Assembly: GCA_976551045.1 (NCBI GenBank)
Contig: CDPCPM010000180.1
Span: 8,866,001 to 8,930,000 of the forward strand
DNA: 64,000 nucleotides
Reading direction: 5' to 3'
Origin: Glaucostegus cemiculus
Lineage: Eukaryota
The notes beneath the pieces were generated by a model, which was not told the DNA's origin, ran no database searches, and worked only from the letters and a program-made list of their open reading frames with translations. Positions 46,199-58,136 of the stretch are shown piece after piece. A program made the position numbers and the translations under genes. Positions within the stretch are counted from its first letter, which is position 1. Every line of letters begins with the position of its first letter.

Positions 46199-47091
46199 AT
46201 CTAGGAGAAGCTAATCAATTTATTTAAAACCGCTTTCAGCATGTAAATTAGTTATAACACTACTCTCAAATAAAATATTGTTTTAAAATAAAAAGGAAAC
46301 TACTTCCCTTCTGTTACCTTTGCTGTCTAGGTTGGTGACCCCATTGAATTGAATGGGGCCAAGCCAGACGCCCCAGCCAAGGCTGGTCTAAAGCTGAGGG
46401 GCCTAGTGTGATGTGAATCCACTCCCTTGCTCAGTGCGTTGTGGAACTCCTGCTAGACTTGGTGCTGCAAGAACAATCTGGCTCAGTGTGTTGGCACTGA
46501 AACGATGACTGCTGTTAACGTACATATGTTCAATATGGGCATGAGCTGGCAGATTGTCTTTGAGCAGGGTGTTCTTGAGGGATTCCCCCACAGTCTTAAA
46601 GGTGTGTCTGAAACTGATCTGCTTGATTTAATCTTTTTTTGGAAAAAGATCTGTTTCTTTAGTTTTTTAATACAAGGATCGGCAGATAGGACATCAACTT
46701 AAGAGGTCATAGGTCCATGGATATTAAGCAGGGGGTTAGTAAGACCCAGGGGACATAGATTTAAGTGGTAGTAGGATTAGAAGGAAAATATTTTCACTTG
46801 GAGTGAAATAGGATCTGGAACTGTCAAAATGAAAAGGTGGTGAAGGTATAAATCCTCATCACATTGTGAACGCTCTTGCAGAAGGACTTGATGTAACTTG
46901 TAAAACTGCAAACTGAGAGCAAGGAAGTGGCTTGAGTCTCTTCGGCTGTCTTTCATACAACCAGGACACAATGAACTGAATGGACTCCTTCACTGCTAAA
47001 TACATCTGTAACTGTAGGGGATTCAATGCATACAACACGGTCAATGTAAACAGTGTGTCATTACTAAAAGTTAATTTTCTGTTTTATTTAG

Positions 47092-47174
47092 CATTTATAG
47101 CTGCACTTTACATCGATCAGGACCTGGACTACGTTCGTACTTTCATGAATGTATGTTTTTTCCCAAGATTGAAG
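47092..47174 (+). CDS. DROSHA: DROSHA exon 14: (S)FIAALYIDQDLDYVRTFMNVCFFPRLK
   Basis: ttatttag|CA TTT ... TTG AAG|gtcagt; 83 nt. Confidence 0.98.
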
Positions 47175-47184
47175 GTCAGTACAT

Positions 47185-47318
47185 TTCAATTTAAATTTTT
47201 AAATTTAAATTAAATTAAATCTTTAAATTTTATTTACAGCATGGTAACAGGCCCTTTCGGCCCAATGAGTCCGCGCCGCCCATTTTAAACCCCCAAATTA
47301 ACCTACTCGTACGTCTTT
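47185..47318 (-). mobile_element. 3' fragment of a V-SINE (CR1-like tail) with an AT-rich tail, about 10 nt from the exon 14 donor
   Basis: Reverse strand aaagacgtacgagtaggttaatt..tgggcggcgcggactcattgggccgaaagggcctgttaccatgctgtaaataaaattt. Confidence 0.7.
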
Positions 47319-47852
47319 TTTAGAATTTAAATTCATTAAGCCCACATCTTCTTACAATTGTAGAAATCTTTGCATCCAACATAATATTGCTGATCAATTT
47401 CAGATTGTGTATCATTATTTGGAACCCTAATTAGATAAACTTTTTATCACCGTTCATGAACTTATGAATTGTGCATCTCATTTTAGTACAAGCCACTGAT
47501 GTTTTCTGTCCAGTGTGGATGTTAATGCTGCTGTCAGCAGAACATAACAATAATAATTGTAAACCAGCAGTTTTCCTCAACGTACTAGTGCTTTTTATTT
47601 CCCTGTAGTGTTCTCTGTGGCAAGGTTCCCAGACAGATGCATGTAAAACTATACAGAATTGGTCTAGACTATTTTGGAGTTACTGTGTTATCTATGTCCT
47701 TTCACTTGATTGCTTCAGAAGATAAAAGCTTGTATGTTAAGCATCCAAAGGTTGTGTTTGATTGAAGTGATAAAGTGTACAAGGTCTACAGTTAACTCAG
47801 TTGACATGCACAGGCTTTAATTTTTAATGGCCTTTCCTTTATGTTGCTGCAG

Positions 47853-47956
47853 GAGTTTATACTGAACCAGGATTGGAATGACCCCAAGTCTCAACTACAA
47901 CAGTGTTGCCTGACCCTCAGAACAGAGGGGAAAGAGCCCGACATCCCTCTGTACAA
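47853..47956 (+). CDS. DROSHA: DROSHA exon 15: EFILNQDWNDPKSQLQQCCLTLRTEGKEPDIPLY(K), start of dsRBD
   Basis: gctgcag|GAG ... TAC AA|gtgagt; 104 nt. Confidence 0.98.
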
Positions 47957-49317
47957 GTGAGTTTTATTATGTGTTGCGAATGCAAATGTTTTTGTTACGT
48001 GAAGATGATTAACTGAAAGCCAAGATTATAATTTTTTTTCTGCGTCTGTCTGTGCAACACCAGAATTATTGCATTCCTTTCTGGTCTAATATAATTCAGT
48101 AGATTCAAAGAGGATAGTATACTGTTGGAGCATACCTAAATTGTTATTCAATTATTTGTAATCAGGCCACTTTGTGGTGTGATTATTCTGTAATATCTTG
48201 GAATGCAATATTGCGTTGGGTTGCCTCCATAGGCCAGATATTTCTCACATCACCTTTAGCAGGTAATGATATGACTGAAATGGTTGTGATACCAGAATAA
48301 AGCACCAACTAACCATTTGGCTGCATTTTAATGCAATTTTGAGGATTTTATCCCCTAAAAACAAATTAACATTGAAAAATGAGTAGGCAGTGTGCATTTT
48401 TTCCCTATTAAGGCCTCACTGGGGTCATTACTGGTAAATTGATACAGTATTCCACAGTTGTACTGTCAAACAAGAGTAAATATTTTATTCCAAATCTGGC
48501 TTTACGCAAGATTTTTCAACAAAGAGCAGAGTATTTACATATTGCAGATCTGGAATTGTTAATTGCTGGGCAGTTCTTGTCAAACTTTGAATCATGTATT
48601 TCTAGCACTTCACTTTTCATTCACTCAAGCCACATGAGGATCTGCATGTTTCCACTTTACCACTCACAATTAACTATAACAAGTTCAATTTTCATAAGAT
48701 TTGTTTTCCAAAGCTTAGCCTTTACTGAATTGTAAATCAAATCATTAAGCTGGACTCAGTTACATGGAAATAAAGCCTGTCTTCAGGGATGGTGTTTGGC
48801 TGTCCTCTGATGAATCACTGTGAAATGTTTGCCCTCTCGTTATTAGCTAAAGCGTTGTCTGACTGGAATCCATTTTAATAACTGAACATTGCTAATAGAA
48901 GTTCATTTTAAAAGTGAAACCTGGCATAAAGGATTAACCATTTCCCTACTGCAGGCCCATGTAAGTGCTTACATTCCAGTACATTGTTATTTCAGCATTG
49001 CATTCAACTGAGGTCAGCCTGTGACCACATAGCCTGTATCATCTGACTCTGCATCCAGAGCCTTCATATGTCTTTGTTACCTCTAGGTTTGAGTGTTTCA
49101 TTGCTCTCAAAGCTGGCTACAGAACATATCGTAATTGACACTGTCTCATTCATCCATCACCCCTGTGCTCATTGACTCCTAGTCCAGCATCACTTTGATT
49201 TTAAATCTTTCATCCTTGTTTTTCAAATGTTTTGTGGTGTTTGCTCTCCTTCAACCTGAGAAACCTCTGAGCTATTTGCTGACCTCCTGATCACCCCTTC
49301 ATTTGCAGCTGTTTAAA

Positions 49318-49805
49318 ACTTTGGTTAGTTTGTATTAGGAGTATTGTGTGCAGTTCTAGTCACCCCATTATAGAAAGGATGTGGAGGCTTTGGAGAGGGT
49401 TCAGAGGTGGTTCACCAGGATCCTCCCTGGATTACAGAGTATTAGCTATAAGGAGAGGTTGGACAGACATGGTGTTTTCTTCGGAGCATCTCGGGGAGAC
49501 CTGATAGAATGTCAAATACTAGAGGACATAACTTTAAGGTGAGAGGGGAGAAGGTTTAAGAGAGATGTGAGGGGTAAGATTTTTACGCAGAGAGTGATAG
49601 ATGCCTGGAACGCCAGGGGTGGTGACGGAAGTAGATGTGATAATGGTATTTAAGAGGTGCTCAGACAGACACATGGACATGATGGGAATGGAGGGATATC
49701 GATCACATATAGGCAGATAGGATTATTTTCATTTGGCTTCATGATTGGCACAGAATATGTGGTGGGCCAAAGGGCCTGTTCCAGTGCTGTACTGTTTTAT
49801 GTTAT
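49318..49805 (+). mobile_element. CR1 LINE 3' fragment
   Basis: EYCVQF.SPHYRKDVEALERVQR.FTRILPGL; CR1 tail gggccaaagggcctgttcc. Confidence 0.85.
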
Positions 49806-50395
49806 ATGCTCCTTAATGTTTTATGATTGGTTTCTGTGTCTTTGTTTAACAAGACTCTAAGCAGTATTTCCTTGACTCAGTTCCTGTACATTGAGCTCTC
49901 TCCTCTGCTAAGCCACTTTTAAGGCACCATTTTAAATTATATTTGATAATATTCCTGTCAAGTGCCTTGGAAAATTTTACAGTGTTCAAGGAAGTATGAT
50001 GATTGACTCTTAACTGCCCTTTGAAATGATTCAGCAAGCCACTCGGTTGTATCATTAGAATAAGAATAAAACTGAACAGACCACCCATTGTTGACTTACA
50101 AACTGACTTTGGAGATGGCAAACCTGTTCCTAGTCGACTTGCAGAGTCCTTCTCACAAACGTTTGAACATAGAACGTTACAGCACAGTACAGCCTCTTTG
50201 GAACATGATGTGCCGGCATGTTATCCTGCTCTAAGATCTATCTAACCTTTCCCTCCTACATAGCCCTCCATTTTTCAATCATTCATGTGACTATCATGTT
50301 TGGTGATTAATCTGTAATTGGGACAGCTATCCTGCAGACTTATTGAGCAACAGCCTGACGTAGTCACCCTCACAGAATCCTCCTTTATAGACAAG

Positions 50396-51226
50396 TGTTA
50401 CGAAACCAGCAACAAAAGAAGCACACCAAGTCATAATTCAGTGTTAAAACTACTTTATTAATAACTACTTCCGATAATACATAAAATAAGAACAAAAAGT
50501 TAGTATATTAGTACAAAACCAAATATTAGAATCTTAAACTGTAACCCCAAAACTACTCGTCGTGTGCGTGTGGCAAATTCCCAAACTCCAAGTCCAGGAA
50601 TTAGTTCTTAAAATTCAGTTCAGTCAGCCGTAAGATGAAACACGAATAAAGGCTTCTTCACAAGCACCGTCCACCAAAGACAAAACATAGATATGGAGAG
50701 AGCTTAGAGAGAAATCACGAAATCCGAATGTTCCACTCAGAATTCAAACGACACTTCAGGGCTAACTCAGTAGTGACTTCCTCACCCCAAAAACTCCTGG
50801 ATCGTGACTGTCCATGCAAATACCTGTGTTCTTCTACAGGTTAGCAGCGAAGTGAATTCCGTCACTTTGTTCCACGATATCTGCCACTCTGAAGAGCATC
50901 CAAAATGTGGTCATCCACGCAAACACCTGTGTCCTTCTACAGGTTACCGACAAAGTGGACGCCACTGGACTACTCCAGAAATCCATCCGTGGATTGTAGT
51001 GACAAACACAGTTACTGTCCTTCATCCATCGACAGAAACAAAACAGGCTGCCGTCTCTCTCCTGTTTCTCTCCGTCTGTTTCTCTCTCTCTCTCTCTCCT
51101 CTCTTTCGTGTAATGACCTCATCACGTTAGTCTTATCTTTTGTTGACGTAATACGTTCTTATAGGCGCACACACACAATGTCCTATCTTAAAGGGATATT
51201 TGCCAATAGTAAGCTACTTCGTAACA
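50396..51226 (-). repeat. 3' LTR of the Gmr1-type element (831 bp)
   Basis: Preceded on the minus strand by a short purine tract GGGAGG; about 10 substitutions versus the other LTR over the shared part. Confidence 0.95.
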
Positions 51227-51356
51227 CCTCCCACACAAACAATTTTTTTCCAAAAAAAAATTATTACCTGCGCATATAGTTAGTGATGTTAATAATTATT
51301 ATCCTATATAATAACAGTATATCAGATTAGTAACGATACAGGTCTTTCATTTAACA

Positions 51357-53917
51357 TCAAGAAAGGCAATCAGCAATCACATTATCTTTGCCTTTAATGT
51401 GAATTATCATGAGATCAAACCCTTGCAGAATTAAACTCCAGTTTAACAGTCGTCTGTTTTTGTTTTTCACTCGGCTCAGAAACACTAATGGATTATGATC
51501 TGTGTATATAATCAACGGTTTCTGAGTTGTGCAAACATACACATTGAAATGTTGTAAGGCTAAAACAAGTGAAAGCAATTCTTTCTCTATGGTAGAGTAA
51601 TTCTTCTGGTGCTCATTAAACTTCTTTGAAAAGTAAGCTACAGGATGGTCAATATCATCAAGGTCACTCTTCTGCAACAACACAGCTCCTGCAGCTTCAT
51701 CACTGGCATCTACTGCTAATGAAAATGGCTTTTCAAAGTCAGGTGACTTGAGCACAGGATAGTAACACAAAATGTCTTTTAGCTTCTCAAATGCTTCTTG
51801 ACAAGAATCTGTCCAAACAAATTTCACTCCTTTCTTCAGAAGATTAGTTAAGGGAAGAGCAATATCAGCAAAACTTTTACAAAATTTCCGATAATATCCA
51901 ACCATTCCCAGAAATCTTCTAACAGTCCTGATACCTGTAGGAACAGGGAATTCAGATATTGCTTGAATTTTTGCCTGAACAGGGGCTAACTTGCCTTGAC
52001 CTACAACATAACCAAGATATGTCACAGTGGCATGGCCAAATTCACTTTTAGCCAAATTGACTGTAAGGTTAGCTTTGGAAAGTCTTTCAAATAACCTTTC
52101 TAATGCAATGATGTGATCCTCCCATGTATCATTCCCTGTCACTAGATCATCAATGTAGGCATCTGTATGTTTTAACCCATGAATCACTGAATTAATCATT
52201 CTTTGAAATGTTGCTGGGGCATTTTTCATTCCAAATGGCAAAACATTGTATTCATACAATCCAGAAGGGGTTGCAAAGGCAGAAATCTCCCTTCCTCTCT
52301 CTGTTAATGGAACACACCAGTACCCTTTTAGTAAATCAATCTTTGTAAGAAATTTGGCTGTCCCCACTCTATCTATACAATCATCCACCCTTGGAATGGG
52401 GTATGCATCCGACTTTGTCACAGCATTCACTTTTCTGTAATCTGTACAAAATCTAATGGTTCCATCAGGTTTAGGCACGATAACACAGGGGGAACTCCAG
52501 TTTGAACTGGAACGTCTGATGATGTCATTTTCTAACATATACTCAATTTCCTGATCAACAAGTTTACTCTTATCCACATTCATTCGATATGGGTGTTGTT
52601 TGATTGGTTTTGCATCCCCAAAGTCAACATCATGGGTAATTATTGACGTTCTGTTTGGCACATTGGGAAAAAGATTTTTAAATTTTAAAAGTAACTGTTT
52701 CAGCTGCCGTTTCTGTAAATCTTGTAAATGGTCCAACTTTGTCTCAAGGTTCCCCAAGATATTTTGGTTTTCTAGCCTTGCTGAAACAATATTTGGTCTA
52801 CATTGGCCTTCCTCATTGTCAACAACAGATGTCCCAGGGACATTCCTCACGGACTGATTCCCAACTTCAGACTTTGGCAATGGTCCAACACAATCCAAAA
52901 TCACCTTTGAAAAGGGTTCACCAAAAGCAGGATTGGGTTTCAGAGGAGCCACAGGGGGTTTTTGATTTGGTTTACCTACCATCTGACATGTATGACAGGT
53001 TTGACAAAACATCACCACATCCTTTCTCAAACCAGGCTAAAAGAATTGTTTCAAAATCTTCCCCACAGTTTTATTCACCCCAAAATGACCACCTAAAGGC
53101 ATGCTATGGGCCAGGTTTAAAATCTCATCCCGATAAACTTTAGGAACTACAACCTGATGAATAACTTCCCACTCCTCATTCGCAGGAACATGAGGCGGTC
53201 TCCATTTCCTCATTAACAATCCATCTTTGGCATAATATCCAACTGGCACTTTTTCAATTTCCTCACATGAGAGTGCTTTTTCCTTCAGTTCAGTCAGCTC
53301 AGGGTCTTTATTCTGTTCCACCATAAATTCTTTCCTTGACAAAGACAAATCTTTGTATTCAGGCCCACTACCAAAACTTTGCTCCTCCAGTGAAGACAGA
53401 AAAGTGTCAGACAAATCATCATAATCTTTCTCTTGTTTAGGACTATCATAGGGAACAATTTCAGACTGTATAGAATTCTCGGCCTTAGCTAATTCTTTAG
53501 CTTTAGCTCGAGTTACTGCACAAGATGGATAAATGTCTGCCTCATTCTCAGATTCAGTAAAGCTTGGTTTTGTTGTTAACTGTACCACAGGAACAAATCC
53601 TTCACCTGCAAGGTCATTTCCCAATAACAAAGAAACACCCTCCACTGGTAAACTTGGTCGTATCCCTATCTCGACAGGTCCTTCTACGAACTTTGATTTA
53701 AAATCACCTTGTGCAAAGGGACAAACATGGTATCACCTGTAACACCTCGCACTAGATTTACCTCACCAGTTTCAGTTTCCTTACCAAAATTTAAAACACT
53801 GTCCAGCAAGAGAGATTGGGAAGCTCCAGTATCTCTTAAGGGTTTTCACTGGCACCTGTGGTGACCCATCCTTCAGTGAAACAAAACCTTCTGATACATA
53901 CGAACGGAATTCCTCCC
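51357..53917 (-). pseudogene. pol of the Gmr1-type element, disrupted
   Basis: LRDTGASQSL (PR, frameshifted); H..GHFG..F*PG..CHTCQ (IN HHCC, in-frame TAG at 53037-53039); DCVGPLP then deletion; RT with LPFG and YIDD; RNase H DAS..E..TDH..ADCLS* (likely CGA>TGA). Confidence 0.93.
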
Positions 53918-55249
53918 TCATCTCACCTCATCCAACTTTTCAGTCTTCACCTCTAGCAAGGACTGATCTTTCACAACCTCCCCTAAATCTCTTTTATTTT
54001 CGGGTTTAATAACTTGACAACAAGCAGTTGGCACAGCTCCCTTTTCTTGCTTTTTCTTCAAAACGGAACAGTCAAATTTCATATGACCAGGCTTCTTACA
54101 GTAATAACAAAGACGCTCAGCAGGTTTCTCCAGCACTGGCTTCTTGTCATCCTTCCCTTTCAGATTATCTCCCAATTTAATCTCTGGTTTACCTGGATTG
54201 TCTCTGTAACTCTTTTGAAAGGTTTTAGTTTGTCCCCATTTGAATTTATGAGTTAACGCATAATCATCTGCCAACCTAGCAGTTTCTTGTAAAGTGTCCA
54301 CATTCTTTTCATTTAGGTATGCAGCTATTTCAGCTGGTACACATCTTTTAAAGTCTTCTATTAAAACTAATTCTGCCAATTTCTCATAATCATCAACTAC
54401 ATTTGTCGCCATACACCACCGTTCAAAACATATTCTCTTTCCATTGTCAAACTCCATGTATGTTTGATCTGAAGTTTTCTTCAAATCTCTAAACTTTTGT
54501 CTGTACGCTTCCGGTACCAACTCATAGACTTTCAAGATTGCTTGTTTTACCTTTTCATAATCAGCTGCCTCCTCCACAGACAAAGCAGAATAAGCTTTTT
54601 GAGCTTTGCCTTTAATCACACTCTGTAACATAAGAGCCCATCTCCTCTTTGGCCAATTTAGACTCGTAGCAACCTTTTCAAAATGTTGGAAATACTGTTC
54701 AACCTGATCTTCATCAGAAGGAGGGACTAATCGAACCTCCCTACTGGCTGAAAACTCATCATCAGAATCAGATTCCGAACTCTGTCTCTTCAGTCTTAAA
54801 TCATATTTCCTTTGTTTCTCCCTTTCCTTACTTTCCAGCTCCATCCTCTTTAATTCCAACCTCCTTTCCTCTGCCTGAGCTTCAAATCTCAGTCGTTCCT
54901 GTTCAGACTCCAGTTTCCTTTCCTCAAATTTCAATCGGTCCCTTCCTAACTCAGCATCTATCTTTCTTTGTTCAGCTTGTATCTTGGCTAGCTGAACTTG
55001 AGCATCAGAAATCGTTTGTTCACTGCCAGGAAATTGTTTTACTACTCCCTCTTCAAACTCTTGCATCTCCACATAATGACCAGCTATTATTCTCTGGATA
55101 TTTGCTTTTCTCATAGATTGTGTTACTGTCTTAAGTTTTAGCTCTGCAGCAAGATTTAATAATTCAGACTTCTTCATTTTCTGCAATCCACTTGGGGTGG
55201 GGTTTTTCATAAACGCATCCATTGTTGCTGGTTTCCACACACACGCCAA
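53918..55249 (-). pseudogene. gag of the Gmr1-type element (coiled coil, capsid/SCAN-related region, CCHC knuckle)
   Basis: YFQHFEKVA..W..W...GKAQKAY...YEKVKQAILKVYELVPEAYRQKFR; CYYCKKPGHMKFDC; ends at a 5-nt insertion that breaks the gag-pol frame. Confidence 0.9.
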
Positions 55250-55383
55250 TTAAGAGAATTTATTGGACCAACCCCCAATGTGTTCAAACTCAGACCTCCA
55301 GTACCAGTCTTGAGTTTGACTGCAAGCCACCCTAATCAATCTTTAGACTGGATCCCAGAACGACACTCATTACTCTTAGGAAC

Positions 55384-55401
55384 ATCCTGGACGAGCCCCC
55401 A
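55384..55401 (-). other. primer-binding site, tRNA-Pro
   Basis: TGGGGGCTCGTCCAGGAT is a 17/18 match to the tRNA-Pro PBS known from MLV (TGGGGGCTCGTCCGGGAT). Confidence 0.93.
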
Positions 55402-55405
55402 ATTT

Positions 55406-55965
55406 TGTTACGAAACCAGCAACAAAAGAAGCACACCAAGTCATAATTCAGTGTTAAAACTACTTTATTAATAACTACTTCCGATAATACTTAAAGTAAG
55501 AACAAAAAGTTAGTACAAAAGTTGTACATATTAGTACAAAACCAAATATTAGAATCTTAAACTGTAACCCCAAAACTACTCGTCGTGTGTGTGTGGCAAA
55601 TTCCCAAACTCCAAGTCCAGGAATTAGTTCTTAAAGTTCAGTTCAGTCAGCCGTAAGATGAAACACGAATAAAGGCTTCTTCACAAGCACCGTCCACCGA
55701 AGACAAAACATAGATATAGAGAGAGCTTAGAGAGAAATCACGAAATCCGAATGTTCCACTCAGAATTCAAACGACACTTCAGGGCTAACTCGGTAGTGAC
55801 TTTCTCACCCCGAAAACTCCTGGATCGTGACTGTCCATGCAAATACCTGTGTTCTTCTACAGGTTAGCAGCGAAGTGAATTCCGTCACTTTGTTCCACAA
55901 TATCTGCCACTCTGAAGAGCATCACTCTGAAGGGATATTTGCCAATAGTAAGCTACTTCGTAACA
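55406..55965 (-). repeat. 5' LTR of the Gmr1-type element (560 bp; 290-bp deletion)
   Basis: Lacks the equivalent of 50901-51190 and has 13 extra bp near 55515. Confidence 0.95.
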
Positions 55966-56427
55966 CAAGGTACCAGATTTCCCATCACAATTCCAGATTT
56001 GTTGCTTCTGCACTGATAACAAAATTGGTTTCAAGGCTTACCACATTTCAAATCCATCTTTCTGTGTTCCTGTTAAGCTGTAAATTGCTTTCAAAATGGG
56101 CATTTAGTCCATTGATTGAGGGGAATATCGCCTTTTCATTTTTTCCAATTATGTTTCTTGTCAGCCTTGAAGTACAAGTCAGTCCTACTGCCTCTACATC
56201 AGTAGGTACACTTCTGTTCTGACTCTGCCTTTGCTATTTATCTTTTATGGCGGTGGGTTGAAATAACTTAGTGCTTCATTAAAGTGTTCACCAAACTTTT
56301 TGTTATGCCCCACCTCAGAGACTTATTTCATGTCCTTTCCCCGTCAGTCTCCACTTGATTTCCAAAACATTGAGTGAACTCAGGTCGTGTTTTTTTTTTC
56401 CATATTTGCACTTCCTTCAAACTTACC

Positions 56428-56610
56428 TGGAATATGTTGCATGATAAGGCAGTGGAGGCAAATTCATTGGGGGCTTTTAAGAAGGGCTTGGGCACATGTA
56501 TGAGAGGAAAATCGAGGGATATGGGCATTCTGTAGGTAGGAGGGAGTAGCTATGTTGGCACAACATTGTTGGCCGGAGGGCCTGTTCTGTGCTGTATTGT
56601 TCTATGTTTT
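56428..56610 (+). mobile_element. short CR1 3' fragment, tail-to-tail with the next element
   Basis: tggaat..gcagtggaggca..tttaaga..ggccggagggcctgttctgtgctgtattgttctatg. Confidence 0.7.
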
Positions 56611-56639
56611 AACTTTACAAGACTGTCCCAAATCTTCGG

Positions 56640-57790
56640 GTCATAGACTCGAAGAATTTTGCAACAAAGAAATATGCTCTTCGGCCTATCTGATCCATAA
56701 TGACCAAGGTGTCAACCTGAGCTGTTGGCTGCATTTGGCTCATATCCCTCTAAACCTTTCCTATCCATGTGCTTGTCCAACTGTCTTTTAATGGTTGTAA
56801 TTGTACCCGCCTCACTACTACTTCTGGCATTTCATTCCATATACCCATCACCATCTGTGTGAAAAACTTGCTCCTCAGATCCTCTTTAAGTTTTACTCCT
56901 CTCACCCTTAAACCTCTGCCCTCGAGTTTTGGATTTCCCTACCCTGGGAAAAAGACTGTGACCATCCTCCTTATCTATGCCTCTCATGATTTTATAAATC
57001 CCAACAAGATCACCCCCCCAGCCTGCTTCCCTACTTGGAAAACAGTCGCAACCTATCCAATCTCCCCTATAACTCGTATCCTCCAGTCCCAGCAACATCC
57101 TTGTGAATCTTTTCTGCACCGTCTCTAGCTTCATCACATCCTTCCTATAGCATGCTGGCCAGAACTGTGCACAGTACTCCCGAGTGTGATCTCACTAACA
57201 TCTTGTACAGCTGTAATATGACATCACAACTTTTGTACTCAAGCGTGCCATGCACCTTCACCACCCTGTCTAACTGTGGTGACATTTTCAAGAGACTATG
57301 TTCTTGTTTCCCTAGGTCTCTGATCTATATTCTCCAGGGCCCTGTCATTTACTGTGCAAGTCCTTCCCAAAATGCATCATTTCACACTTGTCGTGTGTTA
57401 AATTCCATCTGTCATTCCTTTGCCTATTTCGCCAGTTGATCCTTAACCTCAGACAGCCTTCTTTGTTGTCCACTATACCACCAATCCCTTAAACTCTGGG
57501 GATTCCTGTTATCTCAGCTGCCTATACCTGACATATGCCTCTTTTTCCTGTCCAGAGCACCAATATCCCTCATTAACTGGGGTTCCCTCATCCTGCCAGC
57601 CTTGTCCCTCTCTTTGACAGGAACATGTTGGCCATATCTCACTTTTAAAAGCCTCCCACTTGCCAGATGCCCCTTTGCCCGCTAACAGACCCTCTGAATC
57701 AACCTTTGCAAGTTCCTGCTTAATGTCTTCAGAATTAGCCTTGCCCCAATTTAGGACTTTAACTTGTGGACCAGCCCTATTGTTTTTTTT
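56640..57790 (-). mobile_element. CR1 LINE fragment
   Basis: LETVQKRFTRMLLGLE..YKIMRGIDK..LFPRVGKSKTRG. Confidence 0.85.
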
Positions 57791-58043
57791 TAGGATGACC
57801 TGAAAATTTGTTGAGGTTCAATTTGTGATTGCATAGGTTTAATTGTACGTATGCACTATGTTTGCGTATGGGAATTCCTCAGAGCAGTTAAGTGTACCTC
57901 CTCAAATGTGCCATGAATGATCTACTTGGCTTTCCCCAAGCTGTCAAAGTGTGAAGGTCTTATTTTCAAATGTGTGATTGTTTTTATGCAAAGGTGTGGC
58001 TGTTTTTGCAGAGAGCCATTAACATTATTTATTGTTTTGTCAG

Positions 58044-58136
58044 GATTCTTCAGACAGTGGGACCATCTCATGCCAGGACATATACTGTAGCTGTGTATTT
58101 CAAAGGAGAGAGAATTGGCTGTGGTACAGGTCCAAG
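58044..58136 (+). CDS. DROSHA: DROSHA exon 16: (K)ILQTVGPSHARTYTVAVYFKGERIGCGTGP(S), dsRBD core
   Basis: ttttgtcag|G ATT ... CCA AG|gtatga; 93 nt. The expected next exon (SIQQAEMGAA...) was not found before 64000. Confidence 0.98.

Larger units (their letters stand above)
50396..55965 (-). mobile_element. Ty3/Gypsy LTR retrotransposon, Gmr1-type (PR-IN-RT-RH), internally deleted (5570 bp)
   Basis: LTRs 50396-51226 and 55406-55965 with 9-bp terminal inverted repeats TGTTACGAA...TTCGTAACA; CAAG TSD at 50392-50395 and 55966-55969; tRNA-Pro PBS; integrase N-terminus upstream of RT. Confidence 0.96.
2226..58136 (+). other. DROSHA: DROSHA gene, partial (16 internal coding exons; 5' and 3' ends outside window)
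   Basis: The spliced exons give one ORF from YQKLWKSYVKLRHLLANSPK to YFKGERIGCGTGP, with two RNase III signatures (ERLEFLGD, QRMEFLGD) and the start of a dsRBD. Intron phases are consistent throughout. Recognised from memory of vertebrate DROSHA. Confidence 0.99.

Noticed and set aside
48808-48835. CTGATGA...GAAA as an independent hammerhead
   Set aside because: Stem II is marginal and the flanks cannot form stem I; CTGATGA near 2661, 7280 and 39450 has no downstream GAAA.
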